Assembly (NCBI GenBank): GCA_030265395.1
Contig: JARFYF010000094.1
Coordinates: 61,297,876-61,361,875 of the forward strand
Direction of reading: 5' to 3'
DNA: 64,000 nucleotides
Origin: Rhina ancylostomus
Lineage: Eukaryota
Shown: positions 63,753-64,000 of the stretch, in pieces
How positions within the stretch are numbered: position 1 is the first letter of the stretch
How the letters are laid out: every line of letters begins with the position of its first letter
The notes under the pieces: model-generated
Database searches by the model: none
What the model saw: the letters and a program-made list of their open reading frames with translations, nothing else
Told to the model about the DNA's origin: nothing
Position numbers and translations under genes: made by a program

Positions 63753-64000
63753 TTCCCTTATGTTTCTTTGTTTACATTCTCTGTCTTTAACTGTGCTTAT
63801 GCGGGTGAGGCACTGGAAATATATTTGAGATTACTACCTTTTGAAATCCTGTTCAACAATCTCATTGCTAACTGCTTAAAATCTGCCTACAGGATCACAT
63901 TCTTTTTTTCCGCCCACTCCATTTATACAGTTATGTTCCATGATTTCTGTCTGTACACTTTCCCCACGGAATGTTGCACAACAGCTTTGTGACATGTTTG

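Overview
Eukaryotic vertebrate genomic DNA from a gapped draft scaffold. The repeat content (V-SINEs, CR1 and Rex1-type LINEs, Penelope-like elements, Tc1) suggests a cartilaginous fish, which is an inference. Two genes lie tail-to-tail. (1) The 3' part of IWS1 is on the + strand, with 12 traceable coding exons from 2529 to the stop at 34706; its 5' exons lie outside the window. (2) A vitamin K-dependent Gla-EGF-(EGF)-serine protease gene is on the - strand (ATG 54434, stop 37054; the EGF2 exon is probably in a gap). It occupies the position held by PROC next to human IWS1 but does not look like protein C. It combines a PROC-type propeptide, 5' gene layout and liver-type promoter with an F7/F10-type Cys22-Cys27 bond and an F9-type activation peptide, so it is a candidate unnamed coagulation-factor paralog. 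Other points: a spliced IWS1 retrocopy scaffolded into an IWS1 exon (placement probably an assembly artefact), a candidate 72-bp IWS1 cassette exon, minimal hammerhead-ribozyme motifs in Penelope-like termini, and a Tc1 derivative with two 3' ends. Exon boundaries were read by eye from GT-AG sites and phase; repeat boundaries are approximate; comparisons to human proteins are from memory, not database searches.
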